This document shows positions 9,463-19,531 of a DNA stretch of 64,000 bases, piece after piece (positions within the stretch are counted from its first letter, which is position 1; each line of letters starts with the position of its first letter). The notes below the pieces were generated by a model. The model was not told the DNA's origin. It saw only the letters and a program-made list of their open reading frames with translations, and did not search any database. Source of the DNA: Bdellovibrionales bacterium (GTDB taxonomy: Bacteria > Bdellovibrionota > Bdellovibrionia > Bdellovibrionales > JAUICD01); contig OZ253553.1 of assembly GCA_965262715.1 (NCBI GenBank), positions 2,752,001 through 2,816,000 of the forward strand. The letters are read 5' to 3'. Made by a program: the position numbers and the translations under genes.

Positions 9463-10502
9463 ATACTCTTGAATATAGATGCCCAATATGGAGTAACTCA
9501 AATGAACAACAAACACTTGATGCTAAGAGTTCATATAATAAAGATAAAAGGTGGTATGAGGTGGATTCACCAAGAGCTGGAGGTAAATATCGCATTTTAT
9601 GTGAAGCTGAGAAGAAGCTTAATCCCTCACTTGGAGATTCAGGTAATACAGATGATATTACACATCAAATAAGTTATGGTTTTAGAGCAAAGCTTACTAC
9701 ATGGCTTATTGAACAAAGAAAACAAGGAGATAAAAGCCCTTTAATTACTGATGAAGTATTAGAACAGATCCATAGTAAAAAAGACATTCCTATACAAGAA
9801 AGAATTAATAATGTTTTAAAATATATCTACGAAAAAAATCAGGAACATAAAAATAAATATTCACACTTTGATGAAATTCCTATAAATGTTGATGAGCTAA
9901 AAGCCTATGCCGAATGTGCCAATAATGATGATTTGCAGATCATACTCGATTATTTGAAACAAAACCAACTTATCAACATAGATGATAATCAACGTATAGA
10001 ACAGTTCTTAGAGATTACTTTGAATGTTAAAGGACTAGAAAGATTAGAATCTCTTGAAACCAATAAAGACAGCAGACAAGCTTTTGTTGCCATGTGGTTT
10101 GATGAAAGCATGAATAATATTTATGATAAAGCCATACAGCCGGCTATTGAAGAATTGGGTTATCAGGCGATGAGGATTGATAAAAAAGAGCATAACAACA
10201 AAATTGATGATGAGATCATAGCAGAAATTAAAAGATCAAAGTTTCTAATTGCTGATTTTTCTTATGGTAAGGATGGCATAAGAGGAGGTGTTTATTACGA
10301 AGCTGGTTTTGCTCACGGCTTAGGTATTCCGGTTATTTTCACTTGCCGTGAAGGAGATGAAAATAAATTACATTTTAACACTCGTCAATTCAAGCATCTT
10401 CTTTGGAAAGATGCAGAAGATTTAAAAAAGCAGCTAAAAGATCATATAGGAGCAACCCTTGGTGATGGCCCATTAAAATCAATAAATTACAAGCCTAAGT
10501 AA
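9459..10502 (+). CDS. Protein with C-terminal nucleoside 2-deoxyribosyltransferase/TIR-like domain, candidate defence effector
   Basis: QAFVAMWF, IDDEIIAEIKRS..IADFS, GVYYEAGFAHGLGIPVIF; start overlaps the hsdS stop. Confidence 0.75.
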   Translation: MNTLEYRCPIWSNSNEQQTLDAKSSYNKDKRWYEVDSPRAGGKYRILCEAEKKLNPSLGDSGNTDDITHQISYGFRAKLTTWLIEQRKQGDKSPLITDEVLEQIHSKKDIPIQERINNVLKYIYEKNQEHKNKYSHFDEIPINVDELKAYAECANNDDLQIILDYLKQNQLINIDDNQRIEQFLEITLNVKGLERLESLETNKDSRQAFVAMWFDESMNNIYDKAIQPAIEELGYQAMRIDKKEHNNKIDDEIIAEIKRSKFLIADFSYGKDGIRGGVYYEAGFAHGLGIPVIFTCREGDENKLHFNTRQFKHLLWKDAEDLKKQLKDHIGATLGDGPLKSINYKPK

Positions 10503-10603
10503 AGCGAATTTCTGCTCCTCTTTCATGTAATTAGTTGATTTTATCAGTTCAAAATTTATAAATTAAAAATAATTAAGAGATTCTAAGTTTATATCTGATA
10601 GGA

Positions 10604-13600
10604 ATGAATATGTTTAAGAAACTTTTTAATTCATCATCGTCATCACCTCAAAAGCTTTGTACTCAAACCACTTTAACAGAAAAAAACAATATGCGATCTC
10701 AACTTATAAAAGCTGTTTCTGAAATACTTCCAACACATTACATTTCTGAAGAAACACTTCAATCATGGCTGGAAAAGTTAGGAGCTTCAAAAGCATTAAA
10801 GCTATTGAAGCAAAAGCTACCAGAAGATAAAAAAAAGAATTCCGGTGATCTGGGGGAAATCTTAGCCACAGAATATGTAAATCATGAGCTGGAATATGAA
10901 GTGCCTATTAAAAAACTAAGATGGAAAGACTCACGAGAACAATCACTCCGTGGAGATGATCTTATTGGCTTTATTGATAAAGAAAATGTTTTAAAAATTT
11001 TAAAAGGTGAAGTTAAAAGCAGTGTTTATATAACACTATCCATTATAAAAAAGCTAGAGAAACAATTAAATTCTAATGAGGGAAGACCAAATCGACACTC
11101 AATCCTCTTTATAACTGAAAGGCTTCGTGAACTAGGAAACACACCTCTTGCAAATAAAATAGAGAGAATTATTGCTGAAGAGAGTATAAAGCGAGAAAAT
11201 ATTGAACATCTAGGATTTACTTTTTCGGGAAATTGTCCAAAAGAAATTCATTTAAAAAGTCTTAATAAATATAATGGTACAATTAAACGAATTTTTGTCG
11301 GTTTACATATTAGAGATCATCAAGATTTTATCAAGACAGTTTACCAAGAAGCTGTAACAGAAAAACCAATAAGACAGATAGTAAATAGAGAAATGAAAGA
11401 TGAAGAAAAACATCTGTCTTTAGAAGAACTGACTAAACCTGAATTTCGTGGACGTTTACTTGCAAGGGGCTTGGCCCGTGGAATGATATGGAAAGATGGT
11501 CGATCGCCAGAAGATGGGCCTAAATTTTCTAAAGAATTAACTGAAGATTTATTAGATTACGGATATGCTCTGTTTTCCATTGGACTAAAAAAACTAGAAT
11601 CCGAAACTGACAAGACTCTCTTAAAGAAAACTTTTCTTATAGCTGGTGAATCTATTGAGTCTGTTGTAAGAAAAGGTAACCCATTAGACCCTTATCGAGG
11701 TTATCATACTGTTGCATCTGCTATAGCATTTCATTTAGCAGGTTATTCTGCTCGTTCATACTGTATGATACCAGAAGATTTTAAAACATCATTAAATATC
11801 TCACATATTGAACTTGGTCTGATATATTTGTTACGTAGAGATTTATTCCAACTAAGAACATGGATTGAGGAAGTTTTTAATAAAGATACTTCATTTAAAG
11901 GAGACGATGAAGTTTCAAATGATGATCTCATACAACAATTTGCAATAGAAAATAACTTTTTGTCTGCTATGGCTTATTTAGAATTTGCTTTACAAACGGG
12001 TGATAACTCATTGATAGAAAATGCCTTTTCAAAATTAGATAATGGTATTTCTGTATCAAAAGATTTTTCTCACGTTCCAATGTGGTGGCAGAATTTTATA
12101 ACTAAATTCTTAGTAAAAGACTTGTGGAAACACACACTGCATGAAGTTATACCAAAAGGGCAAGAAACTAAATGGAATCAACTAAGACAGCTTTTTATTT
12201 CACTACTATATATGCGTGAAAAATCAGAGGTTGACCTTTGGCCCTCTCAACTTGAAGCAGGCAAACGATGTGTTGATGAAAAAGATGACCTTGTAGCGAC
12301 TTTACCTACGAGTGCGGGGAAAACTCGTATTGCTGAAATGTGTATTTTAAGAACTCTTTCACTTGAAAAAAGAGTCATTTATATTACACCGTTGAGAGCT
12401 TTATCAGCACAGACAGAACAAACTCTATCTGATACCTTTACTCCATTAGGCTTTACAGTTTCATCTCTTTATGGTGCTATTGGATCAACAAAAACTGATA
12501 TAGATACACTTAAAAGTCAAAATATCGTTGTATCCACTCCAGAAAAGTTAAGCTTTGCTCTTAAAAACGATCCTCAGATTTTAAATGATGTTGGGTTAGT
12601 CATCTTTGATGAGGCTCATACCCTCGGCTTGAATGAAAGAGAAATCAATTATGAAATTCTTATTCAGAAAATATTAAAGCGAAAAGATGCTGACAATCGT
12701 CGATTGGCTTGCCTTTCTGCGATGTTTCCTCAAGGACAAGAATTAAATAATTTTTTAAGTTGGATTCGACAAGACCAACCAGGTGAAGCTATTCAATCTG
12801 ATTGGAAACCTACACGTCAAAGATTTGGAGTTATTGAATGGAAAGACACTTATGCTCGCTTAGATTTTACAGTGGATTCGGAAAAACCATTTATTCCCAA
12901 ATTTATAGAAGGAAAACCTCCAAAATCAAGAAAAGGAAACTTTTTTCCTCAAAATAAAAATAAACTAGTTTTAGTTTCTGCATGGAAACAAGTCAGTGAA
13001 GGTCACAGAGTATTAATATATTGCCCACAACGTAGATCAGTAGAAGCCCTCGCAAAACTAGCTTTAGATTTGTGTAATAAAGACCATTTACAATCATTGA
13101 TTGAAAGTACTGAAACATCATCAAAGAGTTTAATTGATGATACCATTCAATCTGGAAAAGAATGGTTAGGTGAAGATCATATTGCTATTACATGTCTTAA
13201 ATTAGGTATAGCTGTGCATCATGCCGGATTGCCAAGGCCTTTTTTACATTCAATAGAAAGACTTATCAGGAAAAATATTTGTAAGATTATTATATCTTCA
13301 CCAACTTTAGCTCAAGGATTAAATTTATCTGCAAGTTGTCTTATTGTACACTCAATATACCGTAAAGGAAAGCCCGTGCCAAAAAAAGAATTTTTAAATG
13401 TTATTGGTAGGGTAGGAAGGGCTTTTATAGATATTGATGGGATTATATTATTTCCAGTTTATGAATCTGACAAAAGAAAAAGAGATAAACAAATTCTAGA
13501 ATGGAGACAACTTACAAGCTCTCAAATAGAAAATATTCAAAGTGGACTTTTTCTTTTGGTTGAGAAACTCATTACTCTTATTTCAAAGTACAGAGGATAC

Positions 13601-14860
13601 AGTAAAGACAATCTGCTGGAATACCTTTTTTCAAATCAAGAAATATGGAAAATTCCCACTCGTAATATATCAGAAGACGACGTAGAAAATTGGCCAAAAT
13701 ATCTATCCTATCTTGACTCAGCTATTCTTTCTTTAGCAGATGACTTAGATGCCAATGTTGACAAGATATCTCAAATTTTAGATAACATTTTAAAAGGTTC
13801 ACTTTGGCAACGTCAAATGAATTTAATATCTGAAGGAGATCAAAGACTTCATCAAGAGATACTCAGACAAAGAGCTTCCTGGATTTGGGCCCATACAAAC
13901 TCTAAAGAACGTAGGGGATATTTTGCTGCTGGTGTTGGCTTAGAGTGTGGAAAGTATATTGATAATAATGAAGAAATGATCAGAAATCTTATAAATGCTG
14001 AAGATTATATACAATCAAGAGAAAAAGAAAAGTTTCTAGAAGCCATAATAAATTTTGCTGACTTGGCTTTCCAACAACCTTCTTTCAAACCTTATAAATA
14101 TTGTGATTGTTGGCAAGATGTATTGAAAGAATGGCTCTTAGGTAAACCTGTATCAGAGATTATCCAAATAGGTGGAAAAGAGACAGTTCCTTTTATTCAA
14201 GATGCATTGATCTATAAGTTAGTCTGGGCAATAGAGGCTGTATTCAATCAATCCAAACATACAAAAAAATTCAAAGATATACGACCTAAAAAAATCACAG
14301 ATATAAAAACTGAAAATTCAATTTTTAATGATACACTAGATAGTTTATTAAATGATATGGACTTTACAGATATTGAAATCAAAGACATTTCTTTAGCTAT
14401 AGAATGTGGCTCTCTCAATTTGTCTGAATGCACTCTTATCAAGGCAGGTTTAAATTCAAGAGTTGTAGCAAGAGAAGCTGTCAGAAAAGAACAAGGAAGA
14501 TTTCAAGATCATGATAGTATGAGGGCATGGTTAAAAGAACTACCTCGCGATGAAAACTGGCCAACTCCAGAAACAGCAAAGGAATGGAAAAAATTCATCG
14601 AGAGAACTTCTGAAAAAGAAAAGAAACTTGAAATCAAAACATGGGAAGCTTCATGCAAATGGTCAGATCAGCTTGATAGAATTCCTCAAGTTGACTGCAA
14701 ATTAAGAGTCAAAGTATCAAGAAAAAACCTCTCTATTTACTCTCCTGATTTTAAGCTCCTAGGAAATATCTCTAACAATAGAGATGATATTTCGACATCT
14801 GCAAATATTTGGGCTACTGTTATTTCTGAAGACAAGCTTGAGATTACACATATTGGATAA
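10604..14860 (+). CDS. Hachiman-like HamA (DUF1837) - HamB (Ski2-like DEAH helicase) fusion
   Basis: N-terminal SGDLGEIL..KLRWKD..RGDD..KGEVKS; helicase motifs PTSAGKT, STPEK, DEAH, LSA, HHAGL, TLAQGLN, GRVGR. Confidence 0.85.
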   Translation: MNMFKKLFNSSSSSPQKLCTQTTLTEKNNMRSQLIKAVSEILPTHYISEETLQSWLEKLGASKALKLLKQKLPEDKKKNSGDLGEILATEYVNHELEYEVPIKKLRWKDSREQSLRGDDLIGFIDKENVLKILKGEVKSSVYITLSIIKKLEKQLNSNEGRPNRHSILFITERLRELGNTPLANKIERIIAEESIKRENIEHLGFTFSGNCPKEIHLKSLNKYNGTIKRIFVGLHIRDHQDFIKTVYQEAVTEKPIRQIVNREMKDEEKHLSLEELTKPEFRGRLLARGLARGMIWKDGRSPEDGPKFSKELTEDLLDYGYALFSIGLKKLESETDKTLLKKTFLIAGESIESVVRKGNPLDPYRGYHTVASAIAFHLAGYSARSYCMIPEDFKTSLNISHIELGLIYLLRRDLFQLRTWIEEVFNKDTSFKGDDEVSNDDLIQQFAIENNFLSAMAYLEFALQTGDNSLIENAFSKLDNGISVSKDFSHVPMWWQNFITKFLVKDLWKHTLHEVIPKGQETKWNQLRQLFISLLYMREKSEVDLWPSQLEAGKRCVDEKDDLVATLPTSAGKTRIAEMCILRTLSLEKRVIYITPLRALSAQTEQTLSDTFTPLGFTVSSLYGAIGSTKTDIDTLKSQNIVVSTPEKLSFALKNDPQILNDVGLVIFDEAHTLGLNEREINYEILIQKILKRKDADNRRLACLSAMFPQGQELNNFLSWIRQDQPGEAIQSDWKPTRQRFGVIEWKDTYARLDFTVDSEKPFIPKFIEGKPPKSRKGNFFPQNKNKLVLVSAWKQVSEGHRVLIYCPQRRSVEALAKLALDLCNKDHLQSLIESTETSSKSLIDDTIQSGKEWLGEDHIAITCLKLGIAVHHAGLPRPFLHSIERLIRKNICKIIISSPTLAQGLNLSASCLIVHSIYRKGKPVPKKEFLNVIGRVGRAFIDIDGIILFPVYESDKRKRDKQILEWRQLTSSQIENIQSGLFLLVEKLITLISKYRGYSKDNLLEYLFSNQEIWKIPTRNISEDDVENWPKYLSYLDSAILSLADDLDANVDKISQILDNILKGSLWQRQMNLISEGDQRLHQEILRQRASWIWAHTNSKERRGYFAAGVGLECGKYIDNNEEMIRNLINAEDYIQSREKEKFLEAIINFADLAFQQPSFKPYKYCDCWQDVLKEWLLGKPVSEIIQIGGKETVPFIQDALIYKLVWAIEAVFNQSKHTKKFKDIRPKKITDIKTENSIFNDTLDSLLNDMDFTDIEIKDISLAIECGSLNLSECTLIKAGLNSRVVAREAVRKEQGRFQDHDSMRAWLKELPRDENWPTPETAKEWKKFIERTSEKEKKLEIKTWEASCKWSDQLDRIPQVDCKLRVKVSRKNLSIYSPDFKLLGNISNNRDDISTSANIWATVISEDKLEITHIG

Positions 14861-15143
14861 AAGCCTAATATTAATAAAAGGGTTACAGTGTAAACAATTA
14901 AAGATATCTTTTAGAACATTATCTGTTTAGTTTGAATATTTGATATTCCCTTCTCATAGTAAGTCTGGATTTGTTAATTAGCTCGAATTCTTCATTGATA
15001 TTTTCTTTTTTTGTGATTCTCAAAATTGAAACTAATTTTAACTTTTCAAGCACACCATTCCATTTGACATTGATTTATAAAAGAAGTAAATGAAGGGCTT
15101 AAATCATCTGTTTTAAGTAATTTTAAAGAGGAGAAAAAGAATT

Positions 15144-15937
15144 ATGGATGGAAATGAAAATAATTGGCAATGTCCTTATTGTGGATGTTTCCAGCTGCTT
15201 AGTAGTAATTTGAGGAAAAAAGAAACTCATGAATTAACTTCTATGAGCAAATATGGCCAAATTGGAGTTCGATTGCTTAGTATTCTTGCTTAAGTTGCAA
15301 AGAATTGACTCTTAAAATTGATTTAGCTAACAGTAAGACTTATTCAAGTCGTCCTATAGGCCATTCAGTTATTAACCGTTGCTTGGAAGATTCTATTAAA
15401 TCGTGGTCTTTGATGCCTGATTCTAGGGCTAAACCTCAACCAGATTATATTCCTAGACATGTTGTAGTAGACTATGAAGAAGCTTGTAAAATCGCTGACT
15501 TGAGTCCCAGGGCTTCTGCCATGCTTGCTAGACGATGTTTGGAAGGTATGATTAAAGACTTTTGTAAAATTAAAAGTTCAAGAACTCTGGCTAAAATGAT
15601 AGATCAAATACGGGAAAAGGCTACCACTGAAATGAAAGAAGTTACAGAAGAATCAATAGAAGCTATTGAGTATATAAGAAAACAAGGTAATATAGCGGCA
15701 CATATACAAAAACCAACAAATGAAATGATAGATGACATAAATAAAGAAGATTCTGATTTATTGATTAAGCTTTTAGAAATGTTATTTGAGGACTGGTATA
15801 TTGCTAGTCATAAGAAGAAAGAAAGGCTAGAAAAAATAAAAAAGCCAAAAGAAAACACTACTTCTTCTACAACCAAGCCTACAAAAAAAAAGAATGAGTT
15901 GATTCAGATCTCTCAGAGTCAAACAGCTAATAAATAA
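15144..15937 (+). pseudogene. Zn-ribbon + DUF4145 (HEPN-like) protein, frameshifted near 15285
   Basis: GAGGAG RBS and ATG 15144 give WQCPYC; the second CxxC (CLSC) and DYEEAC..SPRASAMLARRCLE..RKQGNIAAH are in the shifted frame. Confidence 0.8.
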
Positions 15938-16050
15938 GTTATGAGTCTTAAAAAAATTTGAAGTTTTCTTATTTACAGTTTGGTTTGTGGCATTATTGAG
16001 ATAATGTTACAAAGAATCATCTACAGAGAAGAAAACATTAGAGGTACAGA

Positions 16051-16260
16051 GTGAACATCTTTATATTTATGTTTTTTTTAATTATTTCTTTAATTATATT
16101 CTTTATTTTTACTGTTTTGGTCATGATAAGCTATGCTAAAACAGCAGTAGTTTTTTTATTTGATTTTTTAAAAAATGATTTTTACCAGGAAGATAAGGGT
16201 AAAACACTGAAGTATTTTAACAAGCTTAAAGAACACCAAGATTGGAACTTTAAAGCTTAA
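16051..16260 (+). CDS. Small hydrophobic (membrane) hypothetical protein
   Basis: GAGG RBS before GTG; one long hydrophobic segment. Confidence 0.4.
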   Translation: MNIFIFMFFLIISLIIFFIFTVLVMISYAKTAVVFLFDFLKNDFYQEDKGKTLKYFNKLKEHQDWNFKA

Positions 16261-16327
16261 CAGGTTAGATGAAGCGCGTTTTATGGTGATTGGCGATTTG
16301 TCTTTATACTATAAGGATTGATTGTTT

Positions 16328-16927
16328 ATGATATGGGAGTTTTTTAAATGTTTTTGGGAATATTTAAAAAGTACAGCTTGGTTTTGGCAAACAATAGCAA
16401 CTCTTGCTATCCCTTTATATTTTATATGGAGAGATCGAAAGCTTAAAAAAGATCAACTGAGGTATATATCAGAAGTGATCTCTAATTTTATTGAGCAGCA
16501 TAAGAAAGAAGATAGTGGAGATATTTATAAAGACCATGAGCTTTTAAGAAATAAAGATTCTAATGTAAGAGATGCAATGGTTAAACAAGCAAATTTTAAT
16601 TCTTTTTTAGATCGGTTAGATGGTATTTTAAAAAATAGAGCATTTAATATAGATTATAAAATATCTTTTATTTTAGAAGAGTTTTTAAGAACTGCTAGAT
16701 TTACTTTTGATACTTATACAAATTGGTTTATGTACAAAAATATGGGCCATGCTCAACCACCGCCTCAAAGTATAGAACAAATTGGACTTCCTGACCTGTT
16801 GCCCATTGATTTTTATAAGCCTTATATAGGAACGTTGGAACAAATACAAAACGAATATCTGATTGAAAAAACTTTATGGCAAAAGATAAAAAAGCTTTTA
16901 GAAGAACTAAAGCGGACTATCTTTTAA
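16328..16927 (+). CDS. Hypothetical protein with N-terminal Trp-rich membrane anchor
   Basis: AAGGA RBS, ATG 16328; truncated paralogs at 17694 and 38774. Confidence 0.7.
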   Translation: MIWEFFKCFWEYLKSTAWFWQTIATLAIPLYFIWRDRKLKKDQLRYISEVISNFIEQHKKEDSGDIYKDHELLRNKDSNVRDAMVKQANFNSFLDRLDGILKNRAFNIDYKISFILEEFLRTARFTFDTYTNWFMYKNMGHAQPPPQSIEQIGLPDLLPIDFYKPYIGTLEQIQNEYLIEKTLWQKIKKLLEELKRTIF

Positions 16928-17388
16928 ACCACTTGAGATAAAAAATTTTCTAGTAGTGAAGATGAAGGTGATGATTTGATATTGTTCCATGTCTTATTCA
17001 TTCTATCTGAATTAAACTCTTTAAAGAGGCATGCATATTTCTTCAGTCTCTCTATATCTTCTTTTGAAAAGAGGGCTTCATTAAAATTCTCTTTAGGTCG
17101 ATAATCTTCTCGAATGAGATTATTTTTTTTATTGGTTCTTGGGATTATTTCAATCTTTTGATATAAATCTTCATTATGTTGTTCTGTCATTTCTTTAAAA
17201 ACCTTGTGTTGAGGTCCGTATCTTCCAGAGCTGTATTCGCTATTATTTTTTATAAACTCTTTTATTTCTTTAACTGGTCTAGCACCAAAATCAAAATAGA
17301 AAAGAAGGCAATAAAGTTTTGTTCTATGACAATGCATTGTATTTTTGATAAAATAAATTGCAATATGGATCATTTTTTCATTATCCAT
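16924..17388 (-). CDS. Panacea (DUF4065/SocA-like) domain protein, divergent
   Basis: TKLYCLLFYFDF and YGP motifs; AAGGGG RBS. Confidence 0.6.
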   Translation of the reverse strand: MDNEKMIHIAIYFIKNTMHCHRTKLYCLLFYFDFGARPVKEIKEFIKNNSEYSSGRYGPQHKVFKEMTEQHNEDLYQKIEIIPRTNKKNNLIREDYRPKENFNEALFSKEDIERLKKYACLFKEFNSDRMNKTWNNIKSSPSSSLLENFLSQVV

Positions 17389-17693
17389 TAATACCCCTTC
17401 TTGTTTTTATATAGACGTAACTTCAAATAGCAAATGCAACACTTTTGAATTTATAGATACTTTTGACTAATAAGCTATTTTCAGCTGGAATAAACAGAGA
17501 TCGGAGAATATGAAGTATTTCTAAATATCTTAATGGTATGGTTTTAGTGGGAGTTTTTAAGTCTAAACAGAGAAAAGTCTAGAGTCTATAAATAAGATTA
17601 TTGACAGTATTGCATTAAGAACTCAAAGCTTAGAAATCTAGATAGAGTATGTTTTAGTGATTTGTTATTTTCATATATGAGGATTTATTACTG

Positions 17694-17864
17694 ATGATAT
17701 GGGAGTTTTTTAAATGTTTTTGGGAATATTTTAAAAATACAGCTTGGTTTTGGCAAATAATGGCAACTGCTGCTATTCCTTTCTATTTCATGTACAGAGA
17801 TCAAAAACTTAAAAAAGCTCAACTGAAGCATATATCAGAAGTAGTCTCTAATTTTATTGAGTAG
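17694..17864 (+). pseudogene. Truncated paralog of 16328..16927
   Basis: MIWEFFKCFWEYFKNTAWFWQ..SNFIE* (CAG to TAG relative to the paralog). Confidence 0.8.
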
Positions 17865-17899
17865 CATCAAATTTGATTAATAACTCAAGTGGTATTTTC

Positions 17900-18106
17900 T
17901 TAAGAACACTTATTTAATGAAATTTCTAATGTTCCGTCATCAAGAAATTTAACTTCAATATCTTTCTTTGAATCACCTTTCTTAAATAAGACAAAATCTG
18001 CTTCTTTAAGACCTATTTCCATTAGAGAACCCCTGAATTTTATACCATAGTCTTTGGCTTTTGCGGCTATTTCTTTTATTTGATGTTCAAGGTCATTTTT
18101 TGCCAT
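17900..18106 (-). CDS. 68-aa hypothetical protein directly downstream of Rpn B2
   Basis: AAGGGG RBS immediately after the B2 stop, then ATG. Confidence 0.65.
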   Translation of the reverse strand: MAKNDLEHQIKEIAAKAKDYGIKFRGSLMEIGLKEADFVLFKKGDSKKDIEVKFLDDGTLEISLNKCS

Positions 18107-18117
18107 ATTTTCCCCTT

Positions 18118-18366
18118 TTATTTATGTTTCTTAAGCTGTTCTAGCTCTTCTCTACTTAATTTTGTAGAATCAAGAATAACTTGGATATCAATTTTATTTT
18201 TCAGCATATTTAAAGCAATTTCTCTGCGTTCTTTCTCTATTCCTTCTTTAAGAACAAATTCTTCTCTACTTACCCTATCCCTTTCTTTTTTATCGATTGC
18301 TTCTAAATATTCTCTTAAAACCTCATTTTGAGAGAGGTTCCAAAGATGTTTCACTGCTTTTGCCAT
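18118..18366 (-). CDS. Putative intragenic small protein (Rpn-S) of B2, 82 aa
   Basis: In-frame AAGGAGG-CGAT-ATG before MAKAVKHLWNLSQNE. Confidence 0.72.
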   Translation of the reverse strand: MAKAVKHLWNLSQNEVLREYLEAIDKKERDRVSREEFVLKEGIEKERREIALNMLKNKIDIQVILDSTKLSREELEQLKKHK

Positions 18367-19071
18367 ATCGCCTCCTTGATCTTTAAAAGTCTTGTACTCC
18401 ATAAGACCTACATTGTAGGAATTCTTCAAAAGATAACACCACGACTCCTTTGTATTATACAACTGTTTTATGCTTTTATCAAATTTCCGCAATTCTACAA
18501 TAACAAAACATAAACCATGCGACATTAGGACTTCCGGTGACTTTGTTCTGCGGATATTGCAAATATGATAATAGTCTTTAATATGCTCAAAAGCTTTTAA
18601 GTTTTCATTTATAAAAGCTAATGAGTACACAGGAAATAACTTGTCATAATTACTGCCTTTTTCAATCTGCCGTGAATAAAGCCTACAGGAATAAGCTAAA
18701 GTTCTATCTGTAAAATAAGGTTCTGATATGGTTTGCATCTCCACATTTACAAATTCCGTCTGATAACTGCCTGTTGGAGTTCTTCTTTCGAAACTTGCTC
18801 TTAAATCAAGGATAAAGTTTTTACCAGATTTTTCTCCTTCTTTTATAGAAAGAATATCTGGAGGGATTTCTGGATCAAGTATTTCTATATCTGTAATAAT
18901 GGAACCAGTGGGAAGTGGTAAAAAATTTGTTAAAAGAGATATTAAAAGCTCTTTGTTGAACTTAAAATAAGCTTTAAAAGCTGCGTCATTAGTGAGTTTT
19001 AGAAAATGAGTTTCTTTTAAAAATTCACTAATATGTGAAAACTGCTTTTTATCATGATGGCTGGATTTCAT
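18118..19071 (-). CDS. Rpn family PD-(D/E)XK nuclease (PDDEXK_2 type), copy B2 (divergent paralog)
   Basis: NDAAFK, ILDLR, VNVEMQ, DRTLAY motifs. Confidence 0.9.
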   Translation of the reverse strand: MKSSHHDKKQFSHISEFLKETHFLKLTNDAAFKAYFKFNKELLISLLTNFLPLPTGSIITDIEILDPEIPPDILSIKEGEKSGKNFILDLRASFERRTPTGSYQTEFVNVEMQTISEPYFTDRTLAYSCRLYSRQIEKGSNYDKLFPVYSLAFINENLKAFEHIKDYYHICNIRRTKSPEVLMSHGLCFVIVELRKFDKSIKQLYNTKESWCYLLKNSYNVGLMEYKTFKDQGGDMAKAVKHLWNLSQNEVLREYLEAIDKKERDRVSREEFVLKEGIEKERREIALNMLKNKIDIQVILDSTKLSREELEQLKKHK

Positions 19072-19114
19072 ATCACTTATACCCTTCTAAAATGAAAAAT
19101 CTAATAGGAATATA

Positions 19115-19217
19115 AGCAAAATACATGCCATGTTAAAACAGCGATAAAAGTGGGTTTGAGACTTGAAATGTAAAATATTGTCCGACAAATCGGACAGAAA
19201 ATCCGGATTTTAGACAT
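19115..19217 (-). promoter_or_regulatory. Sigma-54 promoter (19115-19130) and palindromic UAS (19179-19196), copy 2
   Basis: TGGCATGTATTTTGCT; TGTCCGA-CAAA-TCGGACA with compensatory changes in both arms. Confidence 0.8.
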
Positions 19218-19531
19218 TAAAACCAGATTAAAAGAAAATACTTCATTGAGACAAACTTAATACCTTATTCTTATCGATTACAAAATAAAAATAATTACGA
19301 GATAAGTCGAAAATCAGTTTTTTATTTGTATTGTAAATCCAAATTTTAGATGCAATTTACAAAACCTTGTTTCTAATTAAAGTATTGTTATGGGACAAGT
19401 TGGTGATTATAAAGTTAATTTTAGAACTTCTTAACATTTACCGATAAAATGAAATCTATATCAGTGTAAAGAAGCACAATAAATCTTATCTTTTGTAAAA
19501 ATGTCAATCCAACTGAAATAAGAGCACTCTA

